Shown here in pieces: positions 49,048 through 57,893 of a stretch of DNA of 64,000 nucleotides. How positions within the stretch are numbered: position 1 is the stretch's first letter; each line of letters begins with the position of its first letter. Position numbers and translations under genes: made by a program. The notes beneath the pieces are model-generated. The model was not told where the DNA came from. It was given only the letters and a program-made list of their open reading frames with translations, and did not search any database. The DNA lies in IMG/VR virus record IMGVR_UViG_3300034050_000451, positions 206,866 through 270,865 of that record, one strand, 5' to 3'.

Positions 49048-50169
49048 TTACTTATCAAAAGTATTTCTCGCATTATTTACGAAGTTTTCTTCGATTTTCC
49101 AACTTTTAAGTTGAGATTCCCATAATAGTGATTGAGCAATGTGAGTTATATCAGGTCTTTCAATTTCACCATCTAATAATTTAACAACCATTTCTTTAAA
49201 TTCTTTTTTTCCATTGTAAAGAAGTGGGTATTCGTTACCAACCATTTCAGGGTAACAAAAATCATTAGGTAGTAAATAAGGTACACCTCTACTTAACCCA
49301 TCAGTTGCACTCATACTCCATGCTGAATAACCTTGAAACGTTCCTACACCAAAATGAGCTTCTGCTAATTGATTCATATAAACATTCCTATCAGCATGTC
49401 CAATATATTTGGTATATGGTTTATTCATATTGTTTAAGGAAGTCCAAACTTCAAAATCTTGTCTTTCTTTCCATAGGTTATCCATAGTTTCAAAAAACCA
49501 ATCTGAACCTGTATATACACCTTCTCTATGATTAAACACAATAGTTTTTGGTTTATATGTTTGAGTTGGTGTTGCTGAATCGCATCCTAAATACCAAGGT
49601 TGAATAATCTCTTCTAACTTATCAGTAATATGCGATTTAAATGTTTCTTTTGCTCTTTTAATAACCAAATCTTTAACCCATTGTGAGTTTACACCACAAA
49701 CCTTCATTTGTAACATGCCTTTCACATTTCTCCAAAATGAATTATCATCTCTAGCACCATTATCTTTAATTTCCCACCAATGACAATAACCAATAATAGG
49801 TTGTGTTTTATTGTAAATACGAGTAATTTTAAACTCATTAGTCCATTCAGGTAAATGTGACCAAATTAGATTAAATTCACCATTATATTTTTCAATAATT
49901 CGGTTGAAGAAATTATTGGGATAATCTACTCTCATTTTTGGTGGAAAACAATCCAATCCATCCATTTTAACCAACTTAACATTGGGATATTCAAATTGAT
50001 TGATTATACCAGGGTGGTTATTTAAATCTGGGTATGGGAGAATCCATTCCCATTCTTTTCCTATTTCGGTGTTGTCTAAAAATGACTTAAACACCAATAG
50101 GAACGAATCCCTATTGATGTCTTTTGCCATACCAAAATTTGTGTAATTAGGTATTACTAATACTCTCAT
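49048..50169 (-). CDS. GT-B glycosyltransferase adjacent to polymerase (candidate DNA glycosyltransferase)
   Basis: YCHWWE, FNHR, WSMSATDG...GVP, YPEMV. Confidence 0.65.
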   Translation of the reverse strand: MRVLVIPNYTNFGMAKDINRDSFLLVFKSFLDNTEIGKEWEWILPYPDLNNHPGIINQFEYPNVKLVKMDGLDCFPPKMRVDYPNNFFNRIIEKYNGEFNLIWSHLPEWTNEFKITRIYNKTQPIIGYCHWWEIKDNGARDDNSFWRNVKGMLQMKVCGVNSQWVKDLVIKRAKETFKSHITDKLEEIIQPWYLGCDSATPTQTYKPKTIVFNHREGVYTGSDWFFETMDNLWKERQDFEVWTSLNNMNKPYTKYIGHADRNVYMNQLAEAHFGVGTFQGYSAWSMSATDGLSRGVPYLLPNDFCYPEMVGNEYPLLYNGKKEFKEMVVKLLDGEIERPDITHIAQSLLWESQLKSWKIEENFVNNARNTFDK

Positions 50170-50174
50170 CCATT

Positions 50175-51698
50175 TTATTTTAAAATTGCTTTATTTGATT
50201 TTCTGATATTTGATGTTTTATTTCTGATTACTAAATTTTGTATAGTAGTTTCATTACCACTTGCTCTAGCATCAATATGGTCACCTTCCATAATTGAATT
50301 AGTACCCATTAGTTGCTCAAATGTGAACTCATTCCCATCAGCATCAATCCAATCATTTTGAATTGCTGCGTTTAATTTTTGTTTTTTAGTATAGTTTGTA
50401 GTATCAATTAAAGTAATAACACCACTAGCGAAAAGTTTATCATAACTTTTATAAAACTTTTCCATAATCATAGTAGAACGAATTTGTATATCATCCGTTT
50501 TCTTAGCTCCACATTTTCTTTTAAATGATTCGGCGTTTGTTGATTTCTTACCAGTAATAGGATGTACATAATCTTTTCCAGTTGCCGGGTCTATAAGGAA
50601 TTCATCTTCCTTTCTCAAAGTTGCTTCAGTTTTTGCAAACCAATCGATAAACTTTTTATAACTATTAATTTTTATCTCCTTATCTTTATTATTCATTGGG
50701 TGAGATGGAGTATTCAATACCGTCATTAATATAAATAAGTTATCTAAGAATGTTCTTTCAAATTTAACATCTCCGGCTGAATTTGCTAATTCTATCGATT
50801 TACTGATTAATGATTTAGTATCATTCATTCTCTTTTTACTATGTTTTGGTAATCCTTCAATTGAAGCCATAGTATCTAACATAGAATTCTTTGGCCAACT
50901 ATATATGTTACCCTCCAATACGTTGTAATAATATGCAAACCATTCAGCTATTATAAGTGCATCACCCTTTTTCAAAAGAGAGTAATCGCTTGATAGATTC
51001 TTTGTATTATTAAACATTGCTGTTAATAATGGGTTATTATTCATAAATGAATGTAGGAATCTATTGAATTGAGATGGTATGATAATTCTTCGTTCATTAT
51101 CATTCCAAGGTTCTCCGATATTGGTATAGATTGTAATATCAACCATATCCTGCAAAGTTGCTTTTTCAACTAATACAATTGTAATTGGTAAATCCAATAC
51201 TTGCTTTTGAGTAAGTTCCGGCATATCTTTGAAATATATACCTTTCATTTCAAATGGTATTGTATTACCATCTTTACTTTCGATTAAATCAATTACTGAT
51301 TCTGTAATTGTAAATTTGGAATTTAAATAGTCAGAATAACATTCCACTCTATGTTGACCATCTATATTTAGATAACGATATCCTAACTTTGTTAGGTTTT
51401 GTAAGTAATCAATTGTTTCTTTAACAGATTCATATCTGTCATCTCCTTCAGAATATTGAGATATCAATGATTCACAATAGTCTAAACATCCATCAATACT
51501 TACTAATACAATTGTGTAGATATTTGAGTGTCCAATTAAACACGCTTTCATATGTTTTGCTGATGTTGTATCCTCCCACTTATCAAGCAATCTTTGTAAT
51601 TGATGCTTATCCACATAAATATAAGGGGACATTTCTCTTAGTTTGTTTAGAGTTCCACCAGAAAGAACTTTTGCGCTAATTGATTTTTTAATAGCCAT
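50175..51698 (-). CDS. DUF262 (ParB-like) + C-terminal HNH protein, GmrSD/SspE-like architecture
   Basis: LQR...W, IDGQHR, TNIGEPW; EGDHI...G..T..NL...N..KS. Confidence 0.7.
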   Translation of the reverse strand: MAIKKSISAKVLSGGTLNKLREMSPYIYVDKHQLQRLLDKWEDTTSAKHMKACLIGHSNIYTIVLVSIDGCLDYCESLISQYSEGDDRYESVKETIDYLQNLTKLGYRYLNIDGQHRVECYSDYLNSKFTITESVIDLIESKDGNTIPFEMKGIYFKDMPELTQKQVLDLPITIVLVEKATLQDMVDITIYTNIGEPWNDNERRIIIPSQFNRFLHSFMNNNPLLTAMFNNTKNLSSDYSLLKKGDALIIAEWFAYYYNVLEGNIYSWPKNSMLDTMASIEGLPKHSKKRMNDTKSLISKSIELANSAGDVKFERTFLDNLFILMTVLNTPSHPMNNKDKEIKINSYKKFIDWFAKTEATLRKEDEFLIDPATGKDYVHPITGKKSTNAESFKRKCGAKKTDDIQIRSTMIMEKFYKSYDKLFASGVITLIDTTNYTKKQKLNAAIQNDWIDADGNEFTFEQLMGTNSIMEGDHIDARASGNETTIQNLVIRNKTSNIRKSNKAILK

Positions 51699-51716
51699 AA
51701 TAATTTAATTTTTTTT

Positions 51717-51788
51717 GGTATCGTTGTTGTGGTGATACCTTTACCACATTGTTTATTTTGAACTCATATAAGGGTGAGTTCTTACCCT
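51717..51788 (-). promoter_or_regulatory. Two tandem H-type RNA pseudoknots in the 5' UTR of the DUF262-HNH gene
   Basis: AGGGT-AA-GAACTC-ACCCT-TATAT-GAGTTC and TGTGGT-AAA-GGTATC-ACCACA-ACAAC-GATACC; all pairs Watson-Crick. Confidence 0.75.
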
Positions 51789-51800
51789 ATCTTTATAACA

Positions 51801-51832
51801 CTAAGATACGAATTATAATTCATATAGCAAAA
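51801..51832 (-). promoter_or_regulatory. Class I promoter driving the pseudoknot leader
   Basis: TTTG-N19-TATCTTAG. Confidence 0.6.
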
Positions 51833-51880
51833 TGTTTTTTAATTATTTTATAACTAATTGATTATCAATAAGTTAGTATT

Positions 51881-52684
51881 TTACCAAAAATTGATGTCAT
51901 TACTCTCTTCTGGTGCGTATGTAGTGTGATGTACTACTTCGGTATTATAATCGTTTAAATCCTTTGGATATGGCTGTATTGGATGTTTTAATCTACCCAT
52001 CAAGTCCTTTCTCTCCTTCTTATTTTGGGGTAATATTTGAATATACCTATGTTTTGGTGGTTCTTCTCTTCTCCAAAACTCCTTATATCCATCCTTTCCA
52101 ATTTCCTTTCTAAGATGCTCCAAATTACCACTTCCCCAGTTATTATAAACTGTCCTACTATGAATCCAATCGAATGGGTCATTAATTAATGAAATTCCCC
52201 AATTTGGCATCAATGCAATATCAGTATTTAATCCCTGATAAATCCAATTGGTAGCTTTGTATATCCCACCAACGTGTCCTTGTCCATTATTAGCGTATGA
52301 TAGTAATACTTTAATATTAGTATCATTTTCTCTAATCCATTGGAATGTTTTACCTAATGCACAACTTTCAATATTTGAACCATATCCATCATCAACATAC
52401 AAACGGGTAAGTTCTAAGATGTTATCTTTTGTTAACCCATCACATACCGATGTTGGTGCTTTGGCTCCAACAGGGAACCCATAAACTGCTACTCCAACTA
52501 ATTTGTTATCTGAAAACCCAACTGATGTTTCATCTTCTCTATAATAGATACCCAATGCGTATCTACATGCTGTCCAAGCATGAGTGTAGTGTTTTTTAAC
52601 AATCATATCTTTAGCGATAGATTTAGCAATAGGAGCTACACTTACTCTACTGGCATCAACATAATGTTTACCTTCTTCTTTCAT
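51881..52684 (-). CDS. Mom-like GNAT DNA-modification protein, copy 1
   Basis: HY, LVGVAVYG, LELTRL, IES, SYA...GHVGGIYKATNWIYQG, KHRY. Confidence 0.8.
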   Translation of the reverse strand: MKEEGKHYVDASRVSVAPIAKSIAKDMIVKKHYTHAWTACRYALGIYYREDETSVGFSDNKLVGVAVYGFPVGAKAPTSVCDGLTKDNILELTRLYVDDGYGSNIESCALGKTFQWIRENDTNIKVLLSYANNGQGHVGGIYKATNWIYQGLNTDIALMPNWGISLINDPFDWIHSRTVYNNWGSGNLEHLRKEIGKDGYKEFWRREEPPKHRYIQILPQNKKERKDLMGRLKHPIQPYPKDLNDYNTEVVHHTTYAPEESNDINFW

Positions 52685-52685
52685 T

Positions 52686-52838
52686 TTACTTTACCCACTC
52701 ATTAAATGCGTTTTCAAATGCGGTTACCTTATCCACTCCTTCAGATTGATATTGTTTTGCAGTTTCTATTACTTCAAAACGTAAACCAAATGCGGATGCC
52801 TCCATTAAGATTTCTTCAATTTGCTCCTCTGCTGTCAT
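52686..52838 (-). CDS. Small acidic protein (50 aa)
   Basis: Hand translation MTAEEQIEEILMEASAFGLRFEV...NEWVK. Confidence 0.55.
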   Translation of the reverse strand: MTAEEQIEEILMEASAFGLRFEVIETAKQYQSEGVDKVTAFENAFNEWVK

Positions 52839-52840
52839 AA

Positions 52841-53044
52841 CTAATTTAATTTGATTGTTGTATTAATATAATGCTCTCTTACTTTGTTTAACCACACCTT
52901 ATCTTTTGGGTGGTAATGACCTGAACGTAATGTGAAATCAACTAATTGTTGATGTGGATAATCTCCACCAATAGTCTTTATAAGTTTCAAAAGTTCCCTT
53001 AACTCATTTGTTAGTGGAAAAAACTTTATAGGTTTCCTAGCCAT
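52841..53044 (-). CDS. Small hypothetical protein
   Basis: ORF track; promoter at 53062. Confidence 0.55.
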   Translation of the reverse strand: MARKPIKFFPLTNELRELLKLIKTIGGDYPHQQLVDFTLRSGHYHPKDKVWLNKVREHYINTTIKLN

Positions 53045-53074
53045 ATATTTAATTTATAAAACAAATATACGAAA

Positions 53075-53842
53075 TTAATTTGATATTTCCAAATTAATCG
53101 GTTCCATTTTTGTAATTTGTTCTATAAATTCCTCATTTTCCTTTGGATATGGGAATAATGGGTGCTTTATGGTTTTCATAAGTTTCCTACGTTCGCCACC
53201 TTTTGAGAGAATATACACATATCTATGTTTTCTTGGGTTCTTTCGTATCCAAAACGTAGATGATGCTATCTTTTGGATTTCAGTTGGATTGTTAGTTCCA
53301 AATTTGACATAAGATGTTCGTTGGTGGTGCCAATCACCATCTTCTTCCCATCGAAAATCCCAACTATCGTTAAATCTTAGTTTGTTACCCTGATACAACC
53401 AATTTGTGGCTTGATATATAGTACCACAATGTCCTTCTTTCGGGTCTGAATATGATATTAGTGCTTTAATGTTTGGTACATTTTCTCTTAACCAATCAAA
53501 TGTTTGAGATAGGAACCAACTTTCAATATTAGAACCATAACCATCAAATACAAATAATCGAGTTAATTCTAATACCTCATCCCGTTCTAATAGGGGTGTA
53601 ATTGATTGCCCAGCACTTCTACCTATTGGGTCACCATAACAAGCAACTCCAATTAATTTATCTTCTACATTACTAAAGAATGTATGCTCTTCTACTTCAG
53701 AGGTAAATAAACCAATAGCATAGGATACTTTAGTCCACAAACCACTATAATGATTGTTTACTATAATATCCTTTGCTACCGATTTGGTTATTAATCTAAT
53801 TGATAGCTTTGAAGTATCGCAATATTGTTTGTTTTCTTTCAT
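53075..53842 (-). CDS. Mom-like GNAT DNA-modification protein, copy 2
   Basis: HYS, LIGVACYG, LELTRL, IES, SYSD..EGHCGTIYQATNWLYQG, KHRY. Confidence 0.8.
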   Translation of the reverse strand: MKENKQYCDTSKLSIRLITKSVAKDIIVNNHYSGLWTKVSYAIGLFTSEVEEHTFFSNVEDKLIGVACYGDPIGRSAGQSITPLLERDEVLELTRLFVFDGYGSNIESWFLSQTFDWLRENVPNIKALISYSDPKEGHCGTIYQATNWLYQGNKLRFNDSWDFRWEEDGDWHHQRTSYVKFGTNNPTEIQKIASSTFWIRKNPRKHRYVYILSKGGERRKLMKTIKHPLFPYPKENEEFIEQITKMEPINLEISN

Positions 53843-54042
53843 AAACTACCAGTCCAAAATTCATTTAAGTGTGTCCATGTCTCATTTCTCACAATTCTTA
53901 GAATATTGGCTGAGGAACATTTGTTGTTTTGAGCAATTACTCTAACATTTCGGTGTCCCATTTTCCATAACCTTCTTATTTGTATAACCTGCTCATCTGT
54001 CAATTTTGATGACGGGTGAGACTGACCTCTTAGTATTGGCAT
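53839..54042 (-). CDS. Stand-alone HTH resembling the C-terminal DNA-binding domain of phage HNH endonucleases
   Basis: RG..HP.SKLTDEQV..IR...I..I.RN.TW.HL. Confidence 0.6.
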   Translation of the reverse strand: MPILRGQSHPSSKLTDEQVIQIRRLWKMGHRNVRVIAQNNKCSSANILRIVRNETWTHLNEFWTGSL

Positions 54043-54051
54043 TTTTTTATA

Positions 54052-54315
54052 TTAATTTTTCCATTCATTAATTGCGTTTGTATATGCCATTTCAGATTGA
54101 ACTCCAGAAAATCGTTGTACTTCTTTTCCGTTTTTTTCAATAACCACTAATGGAATACTACGAACTGAGTATTGAGATGCTGCCTCAAAATCTTTATCAA
54201 CATCAATATCTCTAAAAGTAACATCACTATGTTGTTCTTTTAATCGTTCAATCGTTGGTGTTAACATTTTACACGGTCCACACCAAGTTCCATAAAATTT
54301 CTTTACTTCTAACAT
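54052..54315 (-). CDS. trxA: Thioredoxin
   Basis: WCGPCK, VRSIP. Confidence 0.93.
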   Translation of the reverse strand: MLEVKKFYGTWCGPCKMLTPTIERLKEQHSDVTFRDIDVDKDFEAASQYSVRSIPLVVIEKNGKEVQRFSGVQSEMAYTNAINEWKN

Positions 54316-54340
54316 CTTCTTTTTGTTTTAATTGTTTATT

Positions 54341-56122
54341 CTATCCATCACAACTCAAGCAATCAATATCCATTGCTCTATCAGCAATATCACCTCTGAG
54401 TACTGATTCAGTTCTCATATAATAAAGTGTTTTAACACCTTGCTTCCATGCTTCCATACTTACAGTATGTATCCATTTTGGTGTTGCGGTAGATGGGAAT
54501 GCCAAATTTAATGAAACCGCTTGGTCAATATACTGCTGTCTAATTCCAGCTTGTCTAACCAATTCTAATTGATTTATTTCTTTGAATGTTTTAAATACAT
54601 CCTTAATATTAAATGATTTTTCGTAATCTAATTCAGATATATCTTCTTTCTTTAATACTTTACCATTTAAGAATCTCCATTCATTCAATTCATTAATATC
54701 CTGAATTGAACCTCCATCTGCCATAATTTTATCCCAAATTTCTTTTGTATTGATTCCTATTTTTTTAAAAACCCTTTCCAATTCACCATTCTTACGAATA
54801 AAAGTTCCTTTAGCAGTTTGTTCCGTAAATACGTTAGCTGCCCAAGGTTCAATACCAGCAGATACATCACCACTCAATTTAGAGTTTGATACCGTTGGTG
54901 CAATTGCTCTTAAGTGTGTATTTCTAAACCCACTATCTCTACACCATAAAGGTTCACCCAATTCAACTGCCATATCTCTACTTGCTCTTTCAGATTCAAT
55001 CTTTAATTGAGAGAAAATCTTACGAGTTTCAAATTGTGCAATCATTCCTTCAAATGGAATACCCCTTTGTTGTAAATAAGTGTGCCATCCTAATACACCT
55101 AATCCCAATGCTCTACCTTTTTCAGCAGAACGAACTGAGTTTTCAAATCCTTTTAAGTTTTTAGCTTTTTGGATAAATTCTGAAAGAACTCCATCTAAAA
55201 ACCAAGTTGCGGTATATACTAAATCAGTATCTTTCCACTCATCGTACTTAGCTAAGTTTAAAGATGATAAACAACATACAAATGAATGTGATTCATCAGT
55301 ATGAAGAGCGATTTCAGAACATATGTTTGTCATATGAACTTTCAATCCATTAACTTTGTACATCTCTGGGTTTTGTTTATTAACATTACCCTTAAACATA
55401 ATATAAGGTTCTCCAGTTGCTTTACGTTTCTGAAGTAATTTACCCCATTTTCTACGAGCTTCTTCATCTCCGTTTTCCAACTTTCTCATAAACTTATCAC
55501 CTACTACTGCACATTGGTGTAGGTTAAGTGATTGGCGATTTACATCACCTTTTGGTTCTCTAATCTCTAACCAATCTTCAAAATCTTTATGGTCAATGTT
55601 TAGGTTAACAGATGCTGCTCCCCTACGAACTGAACCCTGATTTGTGGCAAGTATGGTTGAATCATAGATTTTTGTAAATGGAATTACACCATCAGATGTT
55701 CCATTTCCAGTAATTTGTGCTCCAGCTGGTCTAATTTGATTAATACCAATTCCAACCCCACCACCATGTTTTGCTAATAACATTAGTTCTAAATTCTTAG
55801 TACCAATATCAAATATTGAATCAGCTACATCAATTCCGAAACAAGATATAGGTAAACCCCTATCAGTTCCAGTGTTTGATAAAACAGGTGTAGCCAAGTT
55901 TAACCAACCTTTCCAAATGTAATCAAAAAACTTTGATGCCAATTGTGGTTTGTTTAATCGTTGTGCTACTTTAGTAGAAACTCTCCAATATGCATCTTTT
56001 GGTTTCTCTCCAGCTAGCAAATACCCTTTACTAATAGTTTTTACATAGATTTCGGTATTTCCCCATTCTGGAAAATCTACTCCCAATTCCCAACCTAAAT
56101 CTTCTCCGTAATTTTTAGCCAT
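54341..56122 (-). CDS. nrdA: Class I ribonucleotide reductase alpha subunit (no ATP cone)
   Basis: ATP, ISCF, GGGVG, TNICSEI, APTVS, KTLYY, C-terminal CLSC. Confidence 0.95.
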   Translation of the reverse strand: MAKNYGEDLGWELGVDFPEWGNTEIYVKTISKGYLLAGEKPKDAYWRVSTKVAQRLNKPQLASKFFDYIWKGWLNLATPVLSNTGTDRGLPISCFGIDVADSIFDIGTKNLELMLLAKHGGGVGIGINQIRPAGAQITGNGTSDGVIPFTKIYDSTILATNQGSVRRGAASVNLNIDHKDFEDWLEIREPKGDVNRQSLNLHQCAVVGDKFMRKLENGDEEARRKWGKLLQKRKATGEPYIMFKGNVNKQNPEMYKVNGLKVHMTNICSEIALHTDESHSFVCCLSSLNLAKYDEWKDTDLVYTATWFLDGVLSEFIQKAKNLKGFENSVRSAEKGRALGLGVLGWHTYLQQRGIPFEGMIAQFETRKIFSQLKIESERASRDMAVELGEPLWCRDSGFRNTHLRAIAPTVSNSKLSGDVSAGIEPWAANVFTEQTAKGTFIRKNGELERVFKKIGINTKEIWDKIMADGGSIQDINELNEWRFLNGKVLKKEDISELDYEKSFNIKDVFKTFKEINQLELVRQAGIRQQYIDQAVSLNLAFPSTATPKWIHTVSMEAWKQGVKTLYYMRTESVLRGDIADRAMDIDCLSCDG

Positions 56123-56123
56123 T

Positions 56124-56432
56124 TTAATTCTCTTCTTTTATGAAAACACCATTAACAGTATTTCCTTTTCTATTCTTAATTTCATTCCAAGCATGCTCTA
56201 AACATTCAGCTGGTTCTAATCCCAACTGATATGCTAATATGATTAATGTTACAAATGTATCACCAATCCCATCTTGGATTTCTTCTGTTTTTTTGTTCTT
56301 TGCGATTGCTCCAGCGGTTTCACCCAACTCTTCCATCACTTTCATCAATTGTTTGGGTGCGTTTTCTGCTTTTAGGATATCCTTAGCATCAGCCCATCCT
56401 TTTACGTTTTGTATTAATTCATCAAAATTCAT
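56124..56432 (-). CDS. MazG-like nucleotide pyrophosphohydrolase
   Basis: K..EELGE, D.IGD, AWNEIKNRKG. Confidence 0.85.
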   Translation of the reverse strand: MNFDELIQNVKGWADAKDILKAENAPKQLMKVMEELGETAGAIAKNKKTEEIQDGIGDTFVTLIILAYQLGLEPAECLEHAWNEIKNRKGNTVNGVFIKEEN

Positions 56433-56842
56433 AATATTGTGCTATCTAAATCGTAGGTTCCGAATAATTCTTCACCTGCTTTAATGTGTGTAATTGCTAT
56501 TTTATTTTGAGTGTTGAAGTTAGCCCTTTCAACACCTAATGTGTTTGTATATGCCAATGGATTTACTAAATTAAAATATCCATCATTATATAATTTAAAC
56601 CATACAAAGGGGTATTCACCCCTTTTATTTTCGTATGATTTAAGTATTATGCGTTTAACATATATTGGTAGTTGTTCAAATTCTAAATGGGTTATTGTAT
56701 ATGTTCCAGTTTCCCCATCCCATCTTTCAAATAATGATTCACCGGCTTTGATATCTCTAAGAGCAAATGTACCAATTCCATGTATTGGGCTTGGTGCAAT
56801 ATCAGTTTTGATGCAATTATTTAAATATGTGAATGTACTCAT
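56429..56842 (-). CDS. SET-domain protein
   Basis: SPIHGIGTFALRDIKAGE ... IKAGEELFGTY; NHS motif appears as YTNT. Confidence 0.8.
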   Translation of the reverse strand: MSTFTYLNNCIKTDIAPSPIHGIGTFALRDIKAGESLFERWDGETGTYTITHLEFEQLPIYVKRIILKSYENKRGEYPFVWFKLYNDGYFNLVNPLAYTNTLGVERANFNTQNKIAITHIKAGEELFGTYDLDSTIL

Positions 56843-56846
56843 ACTA

Positions 56847-56878
56847 CAAATATACGAAATTTATTTGATTAAACCTAA
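56847..56878 (-). promoter_or_regulatory. Class I promoter, 4 nt upstream of the SET ATG (likely leaderless mRNA)
   Basis: CGTATATTTG-TAGT-ATG. Confidence 0.6.
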
Positions 56879-56884
56879 TGTTTA

Positions 56885-57880
56885 TTAAAATAAATCTCCC
56901 CAATCTTCCCCTTCATTAGCCTTTGAATAATCAGTAGGTCTAATAGCGAAGAAATCAGTATGTGTAGTACCACCAGTTAAGTGATAGAACCATTCTAAAT
57001 TATCAGCTTTCTTAGAGTTGAATTCGAAAATACCATCATAACCTAATTCTCTAAGTTTGGTATTTGTTCTCGCTTTAATAAATTCTTTCAAATCTGATGA
57101 TTTTAGATTTTCTAAATCACCATTTTCAAACATCTTATCAATAAAATGAGATTCTAATTCTACGATTAGTTTAGCTGCTTCTTCGATTGATTCTTTACTA
57201 GCTTCCTTTAATTCAGGAAACTCTTCACACATATGATTGAACAATTGACAACCCATCTTAGAATGTAAGGATTCATCCCTTACAGACCATTTCATTTGTT
57301 GTCCTATACCTTTCAATAGATTTCTCATTTGGAACGAATATAGAACCGCAAATGATGAATAGAGCGATACTCCTTCAGCGAATGCTGAAAAGATTGCCAA
57401 ACTTCTTGCTACTTCCTGTCTTGCTATCGGATTTGTTTCCAAATCGTTATGTGTCCAATCAGCTGTAGTAGAAGTTAAGAGTTGGAATTTCTCAGCAACT
57501 GCAGGTTCGTGCAAAAATGCTGAGAAATCATCTAACCCTAATGTTTCATTTAGATATGAATATGCGGTTGCATGAATTGTTTCTTGTGAACCAAACATCA
57601 TAGCCATCTGCTTAATTTCATGCTTTGGAAACCATTTGGTTACCATCGTAGTCCAATAATCAGATACAGCACATTCAGTTTGAGCAAAACCCAATAGAAT
57701 GTTACCAACCAAATGTTTTTCATCAGATGTAAGATTTTCATTCCAATCTTTAACATCACCCTGCATTGAGATTTCAGTATGTAACCAAAATGCCTGAGCT
57801 TGTTTTAACCAGCCTTCTTCATAATACACTGGAAATTCAAATGGTTTGTAGGGTATTCTTTCAGTAAATAATTTGCTCAT
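56885..57880 (-). CDS. nrdB: Ribonucleotide reductase beta subunit
   Basis: FW...E, ETIH..AY, EGV, RDESLH, DFF..R.TDY. Confidence 0.95.
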   Translation of the reverse strand: MSKLFTERIPYKPFEFPVYYEEGWLKQAQAFWLHTEISMQGDVKDWNENLTSDEKHLVGNILLGFAQTECAVSDYWTTMVTKWFPKHEIKQMAMMFGSQETIHATAYSYLNETLGLDDFSAFLHEPAVAEKFQLLTSTTADWTHNDLETNPIARQEVARSLAIFSAFAEGVSLYSSFAVLYSFQMRNLLKGIGQQMKWSVRDESLHSKMGCQLFNHMCEEFPELKEASKESIEEAAKLIVELESHFIDKMFENGDLENLKSSDLKEFIKARTNTKLRELGYDGIFEFNSKKADNLEWFYHLTGGTTHTDFFAIRPTDYSKANEGEDWGDLF

Positions 57881-57893
57881 AGTTTTAACTCTA

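Noticed and set aside
50175-51788. Canonical type III toxin-antitoxin (toxIN) locus
   Set aside because: The downstream protein is DUF262-HNH rather than ToxN-like, there is no intervening terminator and the repeats are not near-identical; kept only as an analogy
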